DNA of 64,000 nt from Alphaproteobacteria bacterium (GCA_024281375.1 JAJSAD010000044.1:5614-69613), one strand, 5' to 3'; positions 27,799 to 39,547 are shown, counted from the first letter of the stretch. The notes: a model not told the origin generated them from the sequence alone. Translations and numbers: made by a program.

Positions 27799-27847
27799 TG
27801 GTGTGCTCGAGAAGATTCGAACTTCCGACCCCAGGATTAGAAATCCT
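27799..27847 (-). pseudogene. tRNA-Arg 3' fragment (anticodon stem to CCA; TCT at the anticodon position)
   Basis: The minus strand reads AGGATTTCTAATCCTGGGGTCGGAAGTTCGAATCTTCTCGAGCACACCA. It differs at 2 positions from the same part of tRNA-Arg(CCT) at 24039-24115. No D-arm or 5' acceptor strand lies upstream. Confidence 0.8.
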
Positions 27848-27868
27848 CTTCTCATCACTTCTCTAGTT

Positions 27869-27914
27869 GATTCAAAAGGTTCTAGACGACGTCTGAGACC
27901 TTTTTGAATTGACT
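27869..27914 (+). repeat. MITE/RPE-like element, collapsed copy e (arms only, forms a hairpin)
   Basis: GATTCAAAAGGTTCTAGACGACGTCTGAGACCTTTTTGAATTGACT. The right arm is identical in its last 17 nt to copy a. Confidence 0.75.
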
Positions 27915-27928
27915 ATAAAAGCTTATTA

Positions 27929-27943
27929 TTGACAAATAGTCAA
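27929..27943. promoter_or_regulatory. palindrome TTGACAAATAGTCAA (copy 2), followed directly by TATAAT
   Basis: 53 nt separate the site from the ATG of the secreted protein gene at 27997. A TATAAT lies at 27945-27950. Confidence 0.45.
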
Positions 27944-27996
27944 ATATAATTCAACCTAAAAATAGGGCAACTTGCTCTAAAACAGGGAGATAGACT

Positions 27997-28632
27997 ATGA
28001 AACAAAATCTTTATTATTCAATTATATTTCTACTATCAATATCTTACACTCATTCAAGCGCCTTAAGTGACAGGGAGGCTGCTCAACTTTTAGCCGATGA
28101 AGAACTGGCTCAAAGCCTTGCCCTTGAACACCCCGTTCTTGATGGCGTTTGGATGCCGAAATCTGTTCGAGACTCCTATGCTTCTTATGATAAAGCTGTC
28201 ACAATAGGTGTGAAATTTGATATGAATGTCCATACCTTTAATGCTGTCACAGGACTAAGAACACGCTTGCCTATTCTCATGGCTAACGATATTTTTTCAG
28301 ATGAAACGAGGGGCTTTGCAGAAACACGCGCCGCTATCGAAGCCAGCGATTATTACCAAGATTTTGCAAAAAAAGCCGTGCTTGGCGCAAATCTTGATAG
28401 ATTAGCTGCTCACCTAACAACCTCAAAAATAGAAGCCAGTGAAACAGGAACAGATGTGGAAAAACTTTTGTCAAGGGTTTGGTCCCTGGGGCTTACGAAC
28501 GAAAGCTTCGCCCAACAAATCCTCATCAGTATTTGTGATAATTCTGAAACAGGGGGAGGATGTTACCAAGGACATGCCGGTCGATTAGCTCGCCTTTATG
28601 TCAATTTTTTACGCGCTCAATGGCTTGAGTAA
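27997..28632 (+). CDS. secreted hypothetical protein
   Basis: 211-aa ORF with signal-like MKQNLYYSIIFLLSISYTHSSA. No confident domain. Confidence 0.55.
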   Translation: MKQNLYYSIIFLLSISYTHSSALSDREAAQLLADEELAQSLALEHPVLDGVWMPKSVRDSYASYDKAVTIGVKFDMNVHTFNAVTGLRTRLPILMANDIFSDETRGFAETRAAIEASDYYQDFAKKAVLGANLDRLAAHLTTSKIEASETGTDVEKLLSRVWSLGLTNESFAQQILISICDNSETGGGCYQGHAGRLARLYVNFLRAQWLE

Positions 28633-28791
28633 AGACTTCCAGTACAGAAAAGGCAGGATATTTTAGGGGGGCTTGAAATCACTCACACCACTTGCTCCTT
28701 TTCCTCCCTTGAAAGTTTTGCCCTTTTATGTTTTTTATTCTTCTCCCTCCTTACCCCCCCGTGCCTTTTCCGCGCGATTTTTGACATATCG

Positions 28792-28929
28792 TCATAAATA
28801 TCGATTCGGATTTGGGGAATGTGACTCATCTCCTTCACCAAGGCGATTTTCTTCACCCAAAGAAGCATGATCTGATACAAATATTAATAATATTAAGACA
28901 GTAAAAATCTGAGAATATTTCTTCATCAT
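28792..28929 (-). CDS. possible 45-aa signal-peptide-bearing micro-ORF
   Basis: MMKKYSQIFTVLILLIFVSDHASLGEENRLGEGDESHSPNPNRYL, read by hand. It is below the ORF-track length cut-off, and no RBS was evaluated. Confidence 0.2.
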   Translation of the reverse strand: MMKKYSQIFTVLILLIFVSDHASLGEENRLGEGDESHSPNPNRYL

Positions 28930-29147
28930 AGTCGACCATTTTATTTAACGGAATAAATACTTCAGTATAATGGCATAAAACAAATAATAAATAAAGTTTT
29001 AAAAGAGGAAGTCTCACCTCTCTCCTCGTCTCTTTACATTTTCCAGCATAAAAGGCATTCTATAGACACTTAAATAATAAGAAGTCCCAAAAACAAGAGA
29101 GACCCTTTGTGTTAACATCAAATCATACCTTTCAAAAATCAAAGAAA

Positions 29148-31115
29148 ATGGCCGATGCCATTCGTGTTCTTGCTATGGATGCCGTTGAGCGGGCGCAATC
29201 AGGTCACCCGGGTATGCCCATGGGGATGGCTGATGTGGCAACGGTTTTGTTCTCTGATTTCTTAAAGTTTAACCCCAAAGATCCGACATGGTTTGACCGT
29301 GATCGCTTTATCCTTTCTGCGGGCCATGGCTCTATGTTGCTGTATGCTCTGGGATATTTGACGGGTTATAAAGAAATGACCCTTGATCAACTCAAGAACT
29401 TTCGCCAGCTTCACAGTCTCACCGATGGCCATCCGGAATATCACCCAGAACTTGGCATTGAAATGACAACCGGTCCTTTAGGACAAGGCCTTGCAACATC
29501 TGTTGGTATGGCTCTTGGAGAAGCCATCCTCAACGCGCGCACCCATGATGACCTCGTGGATCATCACACATATGTTGTGGTTGGCGATGGATGTTTGATG
29601 GAAGGCATTTCCCACGAAGCCATTTCCTTGGCAGGACACTTAAAACTGGGCAAACTTATTGTTCTTTTTGATGACAATAGAATCACTATCGATGGTCCGA
29701 CGGACCTGTCTACTAACGACAACACCCTAAAACGGTTTGAGGCTGCGGGCTGGCAAGTTCAACAAATCGACGGCCATGATCACCAAGCTATCTTTGATGC
29801 CATCACGGAAGCCAAAAACGAAGACACGCAACCATCCTTGATTGCGTGCCGTACGACCATTGCTTATGGGTCTCCGAATAAAGGAGGCACCTCAAAAGCC
29901 CATGGGTCTCCTTTAGGGGCCGAAGAAATTAAAGAAGTCCGAGCAGCATTAGGGTGGAATGCGCCAGCTTTTGAGATTCCTGATGACATTTTGGACAAAT
30001 GGCGTTCTGTTGCCGACCGCAACCGCAAGGTCTACAAAAAATGGCAGGAGAGCTATCTCGCCAGTGATTTCGATTTTAAGGCCCTTATCAATGGAGATAT
30101 TCCTGTAAATTGGAAGAGTGAGCTCTTTTCCCTCATTGAAGACTTCACAAAAACACGGCCAAAACTCGCTACCCGTCAATCTTCTGGCAAAGTCCTTGAG
30201 GTCTTAAATGAGCACCTCGATGAAATTATCGGGGGCTCTGCTGATTTATCAGGGTCAAACAATACCAAAACATCTTTTTCGACGAATATTACTCCCGAAG
30301 ATTATAGCGGTAATTATATTAACTATGGTGTTCGAGAACATGCCATGGCAGCGACCATGAATGGCCTCGCTCTTCATGGGGGCTTTATTCCCTATGGGGG
30401 CACCTTCCTGGTTTTCTCTGATTATGCACGCCCTGCTATTCGTCTCTCGGCTCTGATGAAACAACGGGTGATCTATGTGATGACCCATGATTCTATTGGC
30501 CTGGGCGAAGATGGGCCAACCCACCAACCCATCGAACACCTCGCGTCCTTACGGGCCATGCCCAACCTCAACGTCTTTCGTCCCGCTGGTGCCGTCGAAG
30601 TGGCTGAGTGCTGGATGATCGCCCTTGAAACGAAAGACACCCCTTCCCTGCTGGCGTTGTCTCGTCAAAGCGTACCAACCTTGCGCAATAATTATATGTT
30701 TGGAGAGAATCTTTCAAGCCATGGGGCTTACGTCCTTAAAGCTGCGAAAGACGCAAAAGCTTGTGATAGTTGTATCATCGCAACGGGCACAGAAGTCTCC
30801 CTTGCCCTTGAGGTTCAAAAGGTTCTCGAAGCACAAGATATTAACGTGCGCGTTGTGTCTATGCCCTGCCAAGAGCTCTTTAACCAGCAAAGCCAAGACT
30901 ATCAAAGCAAAACCCTCGGAGGCTGTCAGCATACTTTTGTGATAGAGGCTGCTTCTCCTTTTGGATGGGAGAAATATGCGACCTCCTCCCACCATATTTT
31001 TGCCATTGATACCTTTGGCGCTTCAGCCCCAGCGGGTGATCTTTATGCCCATTTTGGCCTCACCCCCGGCACCATTGCCTCAAAAATAACAGACATTCTA
31101 GAACATCCGTCATAG
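29148..31115 (+). CDS. tkt: transketolase
   Basis: SGHPGMPMG, GDGCLMEG and THDSIGLGEDGPTHQP. ATG 29148 (MADAIRVLAMDAV) is preferred over GTG 29109. Confidence 0.95.
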   Translation: MADAIRVLAMDAVERAQSGHPGMPMGMADVATVLFSDFLKFNPKDPTWFDRDRFILSAGHGSMLLYALGYLTGYKEMTLDQLKNFRQLHSLTDGHPEYHPELGIEMTTGPLGQGLATSVGMALGEAILNARTHDDLVDHHTYVVVGDGCLMEGISHEAISLAGHLKLGKLIVLFDDNRITIDGPTDLSTNDNTLKRFEAAGWQVQQIDGHDHQAIFDAITEAKNEDTQPSLIACRTTIAYGSPNKGGTSKAHGSPLGAEEIKEVRAALGWNAPAFEIPDDILDKWRSVADRNRKVYKKWQESYLASDFDFKALINGDIPVNWKSELFSLIEDFTKTRPKLATRQSSGKVLEVLNEHLDEIIGGSADLSGSNNTKTSFSTNITPEDYSGNYINYGVREHAMAATMNGLALHGGFIPYGGTFLVFSDYARPAIRLSALMKQRVIYVMTHDSIGLGEDGPTHQPIEHLASLRAMPNLNVFRPAGAVEVAECWMIALETKDTPSLLALSRQSVPTLRNNYMFGENLSSHGAYVLKAAKDAKACDSCIIATGTEVSLALEVQKVLEAQDINVRVVSMPCQELFNQQSQDYQSKTLGGCQHTFVIEAASPFGWEKYATSSHHIFAIDTFGASAPAGDLYAHFGLTPGTIASKITDILEHPS

Positions 31116-31134
31116 AAATAAGGAAGAGAGTAAC

Positions 31135-32160
31135 ATGACAACACAGCCTTTAAAAATTGCTATCAACGGTTTTGGCCGCATTGGACGCTTAGCCTTGCGA
31201 GCCCTCATGGAAAACAAGGCAACGGATATCCAAGTCGTTGCCATTAATGACCTCTCCCCTCCAAAAACAAATGCACACTTGTTCAAATATGATTCCATCC
31301 ATGGCCTTTTTCCGGGTCCTGTTGTGCTCTGTGCTGAAACGGCGAAAAGCCTTGATGTGGGCAAGGGGGAAATCAAACTCTTTCAAGAACGAGACCCTGC
31401 AAACCTCCCCTGGGGTGATCTTGGCGTGGATATTGTCTTTGAGTGTTCGGGTGCTTTCGCGTCCAAAGACGCTTCTAACGCGCACCTTAACGCAGGGGCC
31501 AAAAAGGTTATCATTTCTGCGCCCGCCCCCGGTGTCGATTTAACCGTTGTCTATGGCGTGAATCACCAAGAACTTGCTGCTGACCATGATATTATCTCCA
31601 ATGCGTCCTGTACGACCAATTGTCTTGCTCCCTTAGCGAAAGTCCTCAATGATTCCTGTGGCATTAAGCACGGCTTTATGACCACCATCCATGGATATAC
31701 AGGAGATCAACGCCTTGTAGATACTCATCATGCGGACCTCCACCGCTCACGGGCTGCGGCGATCTCGATGATTCCGACCTCCACGGGAGCCGCTAGAGCC
31801 GTTGGCCTGGTTCTCCCTGAGCTCAAAGGTAAAATTGATGGCACGGCCATTCGGGTGCCAACGCCTAATGTCTCGGTAGTGGATTTTAAATTCACGGCCA
31901 AGAAATCCACAACCGTCGAAGAAATCAACACCGCTTTAAAAGAAGCCTCCCGTGGCCCTCTCAAGACTGTTCTTGAAACCTGCGACATTCCCCTTGTGTC
32001 CATTGATTTTAACCATAATTCCCACAGCAGCATTGCAGACCTTACCCAAACCCAAGTCGTCGAAGAGACCTTTTGTCGCGTTTTATCATGGTATGATAAC
32101 GAGTGGGGATTTTCAAACCGCATGCTCGACGTAGCACGTGTTATGGGGCAATTCATTTAA
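31135..32160 (+). CDS. gap: glyceraldehyde-3-phosphate dehydrogenase
   Basis: INGFGRIGR Rossmann motif, the active site SNASCTTNCLAP and WYDNEWGFS. Confidence 0.95.
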   Translation: MTTQPLKIAINGFGRIGRLALRALMENKATDIQVVAINDLSPPKTNAHLFKYDSIHGLFPGPVVLCAETAKSLDVGKGEIKLFQERDPANLPWGDLGVDIVFECSGAFASKDASNAHLNAGAKKVIISAPAPGVDLTVVYGVNHQELAADHDIISNASCTTNCLAPLAKVLNDSCGIKHGFMTTIHGYTGDQRLVDTHHADLHRSRAAAISMIPTSTGAARAVGLVLPELKGKIDGTAIRVPTPNVSVVDFKFTAKKSTTVEEINTALKEASRGPLKTVLETCDIPLVSIDFNHNSHSSIADLTQTQVVEETFCRVLSWYDNEWGFSNRMLDVARVMGQFI

Positions 32161-32417
32161 TGGATATCATGAGCGGCATTGTTGTTTTTTTCACCTTGTG
32201 GTGGGTTGTCTTGTTTATGGCACTCCCCTTTGGAGTTCACTCGAGGGGAGCTCACTCAACGGTCACACCAGAATCTGGCCACGACCACGGAGCGCCAGAG
32301 AAATCTTACCTCAAGGTAAAACTCCTCGCAACAACCCTTGTCACGATAATCCTCTGGTTTGGCATTGATTACTTAATTAGCATCAAAATCATAAACTTTA
32401 GAGAACTAGCAGGTTAA
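32160..32417 (+). CDS. small membrane protein (DUF1467-like)
   Basis: MDIMSGIVVFFTLWWVVLFMALPFGV... with two TM helices. The ATG overlaps the gap stop (TAATG). Confidence 0.6.
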   Translation: MDIMSGIVVFFTLWWVVLFMALPFGVHSRGAHSTVTPESGHDHGAPEKSYLKVKLLATTLVTIILWFGIDYLISIKIINFRELAG

Positions 32418-32420
32418 CAG

Positions 32421-32535
32421 AAATTTCAGTCTTCTTGTTTTTCGTGCTCCGCGTCCCCTTGAATCACATAGTGTCCCATGAACCAATTCCCAAGGTCAAC
32501 ATCTTTGCAACGCTTTGAGCAAAACGGCCTAAAAG
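32421..32535 (-). repeat. partial duplicate of the yacG 3' end plus its downstream flank (direct repeat with 33371-33490)
   Basis: ~115 bp nearly identical to 33371-33490 (GTTTTTCGTGCTCCGCGTCCCCTTG[A/G]ATCACATAGTGTCC...CAAGGTCAACATCTTTGCAACGCTTTGAGCAAAA). It would encode ...FCSKRCKDVDLGNWFMGHYVIQGDAEHEKQED but lacks the 5' half of yacG. Confidence 0.9.
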
Positions 32536-32549
32536 AGCTCACAACTTCT

Positions 32550-33356
32550 TTACTTAGCATAAATAATCGGTAAAATATGTTTCAAAGTCTTATAAGTACT
32601 TTTAGTATTTTTTCGATTAAACGTAATTATATTTAAAAGCTCCATATACCCAGGAATACGATCAGAATCTATTTTACCAAGCCGCTCAATCATAAAACCA
32701 GTGCTGAGAGCCGTCATATAATCCTTTTCAAATTCCTTGACCAGAGGAACCAAAGCCTCAACAACGGTTGCTCGTTTTTCAGGGAAAACCTTGGAGAGGT
32801 AGTCAACAACATACTTATAATCCCTAATATACCTATAATCCCCTTCTGTTTCTGTTTTAAAGAGGTCTGTGAGGGGTTTTGCATTATCCACCAATTCTTG
32901 GGCAGCTCTGACAGAGCCTTGTTCCAAGAAAACCCGGAGAAGGTTTAGGGTAGCTTCGGCATCCTTTGGCTCTGGAACAACAGCCCTTAAAACCTTCATA
33001 TACCTAGGGATATCTTCAGCCTCTACTTCCTCAAGTTTCTCAATCATCAAACCAGTGTAGAGAGCCACTAGAGAATCTAATTTAAATCCTGCCTTCAATG
33101 GCACCAAAGCTTCCACAATAGGTAAAAAACAACGGGGCTCTAATTTTTCTAATTTTCTAAAAATCCTTTTTTTATCTCCTTCTTTTTCAAAATTAAAAGC
33201 ACTCATTGCGACTAAGATTTTAAGAGAAGGAGGACTTTTGCTTACCTCTTTATCACCTTCTACTAAAGAAGCCCAACTCTCACAAGAAGATAGAATGAAG
33301 AGAAAAAATAGTCCCCCCACAAGTCCCTTAAACATATTTTTCATCTCCAACATCAT
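32550..33356 (-). CDS. lipoprotein with two internal ~45-aa repeats (orphan cassette gene)
   Basis: Lipobox LFILSSC. Internal repeats IVEALVPLKAGFKLDSLVALYTGLMIEKLEEVEAEDIPRYMKVL and VVEALVPLVKEFEKDYMTALSTGFMIERLGKIDSDRIPGYMELL. Confidence 0.65.
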   Translation of the reverse strand: MMLEMKNMFKGLVGGLFFLFILSSCESWASLVEGDKEVSKSPPSLKILVAMSAFNFEKEGDKKRIFRKLEKLEPRCFLPIVEALVPLKAGFKLDSLVALYTGLMIEKLEEVEAEDIPRYMKVLRAVVPEPKDAEATLNLLRVFLEQGSVRAAQELVDNAKPLTDLFKTETEGDYRYIRDYKYVVDYLSKVFPEKRATVVEALVPLVKEFEKDYMTALSTGFMIERLGKIDSDRIPGYMELLNIITFNRKNTKSTYKTLKHILPIIYAK

Positions 33357-33381
33357 TCTGTCCTCTTCATAAATTTTTCAG

Positions 33382-33531
33382 CTAGTCTTTCTGTTTTTCG
33401 TGCTCCGCGTCCCCTTGGATCACATAGTGTCCTGTGAACCAGTTGCCAAGGTCAACATCTTTGCAACGCTTTGAGCAAAAAGGCCGAAAAACACGCACGG
33501 CTTTCTTTTTATGGCACAAAGCACAGGACAT
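33382..33531 (-). CDS. yacG: DNA gyrase inhibitor YacG (zinc finger)
   Basis: MSCALCHKKKAVRVFRPFCSKRCKDVDLGNWF with the CxxC...CxxxC pattern. ATG 33531 is preferred over 33567. Confidence 0.75.
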   Translation of the reverse strand: MSCALCHKKKAVRVFRPFCSKRCKDVDLGNWFTGHYVIQGDAEHEKQKD

Positions 33532-33566
33532 GTTAAGTTCTTTTTTCTCTGGTGATATTGTCAACA

Positions 33567-34811
33567 TTAATGATCTCCTAGAAGTTGCTTTAAAGATACT
33601 TCATCTTTACGCTTTGTCATCTCTAAAAGTCCTGACTTTGTAAAGCCCAGTACTTGCAAGGTAGAATCCTCATATCCTTTGGCCATTTTTAAAAGGGCTT
33701 TTTGGTGTTTAGCATTAGAAAGTCGGGGTAAATCAATCAAAATAATACCGCCAATTTTGCGTAAATAAAGCTGTCGAATGGATTCATTCAAGGCCATCTG
33801 AGCAAACTCAAAACGATCATTATCTGAGGTGAGCTTAACGGACCTTGTGATCTGAGAATCTCCCGGAGCCGCCGTATTCACATCAATGGCCGTGAGGGTA
33901 TGTCCTTCTTCGACTAGTAAATACCCTCCGCCCTGTAAGGGAACAAGGTCATCAAGAACACTCTCTTTATAAGAAGAAAAATCCTTTTTCCAAGAGGGTT
34001 GAAGAGTGAAGGTGAGACGACTTTTAGAAACGCCCGCTTGCTTCATCACCACAATAAGATCAGCGTTATCCGTAAAAATAGGTTCCTTGTGATTCTCGCT
34101 TAGGTAAAAAAGCCAAGGACGTTGAGGGGTGTAAAGAACTGTCCCAATTTTTTCCACCTTATCATAATGGCTTTGGAGATCAGTCCAACGCTGACGGGTT
34201 TTCTCAAGGTCTTTCAGGATATTTTGAGAACTCTGACTATAAGAACACCCTTTTAACACAAGGCCTTCTCGCTCATCGGCCACACGCCCAAGATGCTCAA
34301 GCATCTCTTTCTTCCACTCTTTATCCCGAATTTGAGCTGAAAAATTGAGGCCTTTCTTACCGGGCGTGTAATAAAGAAAACGTCCTGATAATGAAATAGC
34401 ATCGGATACTTCTGGGTTCTTGAGGATATATTTTTCTAAAAGAGGTGGGCGTTTAAGCTGTACAAAAACCTTTTCACCCTGAGTATAATTGTGACGAGGA
34501 CGCTGCAACAAGGCTGGTTTTTGAAAGCCAATATCTACCCAGAAATTAGGGCCTTCTTTTGCCTGGATGCGCCCTACATATAATGACCCCGCTAAAGGGG
34601 CTCCTTGATCCACCAAAATATGAAGGAGCTCCCCCTCTTGCACATGAAGGAGCGTCAAAGTTTCCCCCTTTTTTTCAAGGTAAATACCGTTATCCATAAA
34701 ACCTATTAGTCTTTGTTCATTAAAACCCCACCCTACAAGAAAATGACTCTTTGATAAATAGAGAATGCCCCTAGGCAAATACCGTTGAATGTTATATAAA
34801 TTATGTATCAA
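33567..34811 (-). CDS. rng: ribonuclease E/G family protein
   Basis: S1-like [21 protein letters not shown] and the catalytic-core motif [12 protein letters not shown]...GGIILIDLP. 414 aa. Confidence 0.7.
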   Translation of the reverse strand: MIHNLYNIQRYLPRGILYLSKSHFLVGWGFNEQRLIGFMDNGIYLEKKGETLTLLHVQEGELLHILVDQGAPLAGSLYVGRIQAKEGPNFWVDIGFQKPALLQRPRHNYTQGEKVFVQLKRPPLLEKYILKNPEVSDAISLSGRFLYYTPGKKGLNFSAQIRDKEWKKEMLEHLGRVADEREGLVLKGCSYSQSSQNILKDLEKTRQRWTDLQSHYDKVEKIGTVLYTPQRPWLFYLSENHKEPIFTDNADLIVVMKQAGVSKSRLTFTLQPSWKKDFSSYKESVLDDLVPLQGGGYLLVEEGHTLTAIDVNTAAPGDSQITRSVKLTSDNDRFEFAQMALNESIRQLYLRKIGGIILIDLPRLSNAKHQKALLKMAKGYEDSTLQVLGFTKSGLLEMTKRKDEVSLKQLLGDH

Positions 34812-34831
34812 AATTAAAAAGGTATTTTCCC

Positions 34832-35314
34832 ATGGCTGGATCTCTTAATAAAGTCACTCTTATTGGTAATTTGGGTCGCGACCCCGAAGTTCGTAATTCT
34901 GCCGATGGCATGAAAATCGTTCAGCTTTCTATTGCAACCTCAGAGAGTTGGAAAGACAAGGTATCTGGTGAGCGCAAGGATAAGACAGAATGGCACCGCG
35001 TTGTTATTTTTAACGAACACTTGGCGGATATTGCGGAGAAATACCTCCGTAAAGGCTCAAAAATTTATATTGAAGGGCAATTGCAAACGCGCAAGTGGAC
35101 AGATCAACAGGGCCAAGAAAAATACACAACAGAAATCGTAATACAGCGTTATCGCGGGGAACTCACCATGCTGGATGCTCGTAACGATAACGCTCCTGGT
35201 GCTGGCTCTTTTAATGCACCATCTGCTGCGGTAGCTTCTACGGGATCAGCGCAGGCAGCTACGGCAACAGCCCCTGCCCTTTCTCAAGAGCTTGAGGATG
35301 ACATTCCTTTTTAA
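34832..35314 (+). CDS. ssb: single-stranded DNA-binding protein
   Basis: OB-fold N-terminus [21 protein letters not shown], a disordered tail and the C-terminal DDIPF. Confidence 0.95.
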   Translation: MAGSLNKVTLIGNLGRDPEVRNSADGMKIVQLSIATSESWKDKVSGERKDKTEWHRVVIFNEHLADIAEKYLRKGSKIYIEGQLQTRKWTDQQGQEKYTTEIVIQRYRGELTMLDARNDNAPGAGSFNAPSAAVASTGSAQAATATAPALSQELEDDIPF

Positions 35315-35381
35315 AGACCGATGAAAAAAGGACAATACCCTTACTTTCTACAAATAATAACAACGCCATAAGAGGCCTCGC

Positions 35382-38095
<2,714 letters not shown>

Positions 38096-38178
38096 TCAAG
38101 GCATAACCTCCCTTTCTTAACCTTTTCTTAACCCTTTTCTTCCTAGGATGACACGATTATAGAATAAGGAAAATTAAC

Positions 38179-38481
38179 ATGAAAAAAACAATTTTATTAA
38201 CAACAGTCTTATTGATGGGATGCTTTACAATGGAAAGCATCGCGGTAGAAGAGAACTATAAAAGAACCTGTAAAAAATGCACGAAAGAGACATCCAAACT
38301 AATGATTGGATACACTCTTCGGTGTAAATGTAAAGATTGGGATGGAAAATATGTTGATGCGGTACTCCCGGTAACTGAAGAGTGCTGGGGTGATGGTGCT
38401 CCTAAGGCAATAAACAATTGTAACGGATACCTTATCTGTACAAAAAAATGCCCAAAAAAGAAATTCTTAGGTATTTTTTAA
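38179..38481 (+). CDS. small cysteine-rich secreted protein
   Basis: 100 aa with signal MKKTILLTTVLLMGCF and 9 Cys in the mature part (CKKC, CKC, CWGD, NNCNGYLICTKKC). Confidence 0.55.
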   Translation: MKKTILLTTVLLMGCFTMESIAVEENYKRTCKKCTKETSKLMIGYTLRCKCKDWDGKYVDAVLPVTEECWGDGAPKAINNCNGYLICTKKCPKKKFLGIF

Positions 38482-38538
38482 AGTACCGCCTTGATATAAA
38501 CTCCCTCATTGGGGTCTAAGAAATTCCCAACACAAAAA

Positions 38539-38559
38539 GTGCCCCTCCTAGAGGGGTGC
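38539..38559 (+). terminator. hairpin downstream of 38179-38481 (weak terminator candidate)
   Basis: GTGCCCCTC-cta-GAGGGGTGC forms a 9-bp stem (two G:U pairs) followed by TTAT. The T-run is poor. Confidence 0.3.
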
Positions 38560-38663
38560 TTATGGCCTTTTATCAATTTCTTGTAGGGTTTGGTGGATGC
38601 GACTTAGAAGTTGTGCATCCTTCTCAAATCCCATATTTTCTTCGTCACAAATCTGTAGTAATA

Positions 38664-39260
38664 TCATATCAAGCACCCAAGCTGAAGTGTGGCCTGATTT
38701 TGACGCCCGTCATAAGCAGAATCTGCGAGAATTGTTTCGACACGAGGACACCATTTTTTCATCTTCTCACCAAGAGGAATCACCATATCTCGATCTTGAA
38801 TGCCTGCTGAAGTCACTTTTGTGGCTAAAATTAATCCAAGAGTATCAACCATAATATGACGCTTGCGCCCATTTATACACTTATAACCATCAAACCCTTT
38901 TGATATTTTTTTTCCAGACCGGCTTTTAACGGATTGACTATCTATAATAGCAACGGAAGGAGAAGAGGTTTTTCTAATGTTTGTGCGAACGTCTTGCCGA
39001 AAAGCAGACATCATTTCCTCTAAGGCACCGCTATTGCGCAATTTTCTTAGATGACCGTAAACCGTTTTCCAGTGAGGAAATTCCTTCGGCGACATCCGCC
39101 AACTACAGCCACTACGTGTCATATAGAGTATTGCATTCCAGTGTTCACGAAGGCGAGCTGAAGGCGGACGACCCTGCTTATTGTACTGATCTTTATAAAA
39201 ATAATGAAGGCGCTCCCACTGAGAATCAGTAAGGTCACTTGGGTATCTTTTTTCTTGCAT
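38664..39260 (-). mobile_element. IS5-family DDE transposase gene, 3'-decayed remnant
   Basis: The N-terminal YPSDLTDSQWERL...GRPP...NAILYMTRSGCSWRMSPKEFPHWKTVYGHLRKL region is DUF4096-like. DDE residues lie in AIIDSQSVK and ILADSAYDG. The frame ends at a TGA. The same frame continues with decayed similarity (RFVTKKIWDLRR) and another stop, and the catalytic E region is not recognisable. Confidence 0.7.
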
Positions 39261-39472
39261 ATCAATAGTTTATGATTATTTTCTATTAAATACAACCTTT
39301 TATAAGACACGTTCTGTAGGGCATCTAAAACTCTTTTTACTTTTATGCGATCATAGTTTATGGATACGGTCAACTCAAAACAAAATTACTAGATTAGTCA
39401 AAAAAATAGTTGGGTGGGGGTGCAAAATAAAGAAGAGAGGAAGTGAGGGCAGGATAAGGCATAAAAGAGAAA

Positions 39473-39547
39473 TGGTGGGTACGGCTGGGATTGAACCAGC
39501 GACCCCCACGATGTCAACGTGGTGCTCTCCCGCTGAGCTACGCACCC
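39473..39547 (-). tRNA. tRNA-Val (anticodon GAC)
   Basis: The minus strand reads GGGTGCGTAGCTCAGCGGGAGAGCACCACGTTGACATCGTGGGGGTCGCTGGTTCAATCCCAGCCGTACCCACCA. Confidence 0.9.

Noticed and set aside
28060-28110. A ubiquitin-interacting-motif-like string (LADEELAQSLALE) in the secreted protein 27997-28632.
   Set aside because: The key Ala and Ser positions of the UIM consensus are out of register, so the evidence for a eukaryote-like motif is insufficient.
28673-28880. Two mutually antisense 65-aa ORFs in the 28.6-29.1 kb intergenic region.
   Set aside because: Pro/Ser- or Lys/Arg-rich low-complexity translations of a pyrimidine-rich tract with no start context. Only a 45-aa signal-like micro-ORF (28792-28929) is listed, at low confidence.
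38556-38854. Two plus-strand ORFs (84 and 85 aa) opposite the IS remnant.
   Set aside because: They are antisense to the transposase reading frame and its decayed 3' end.
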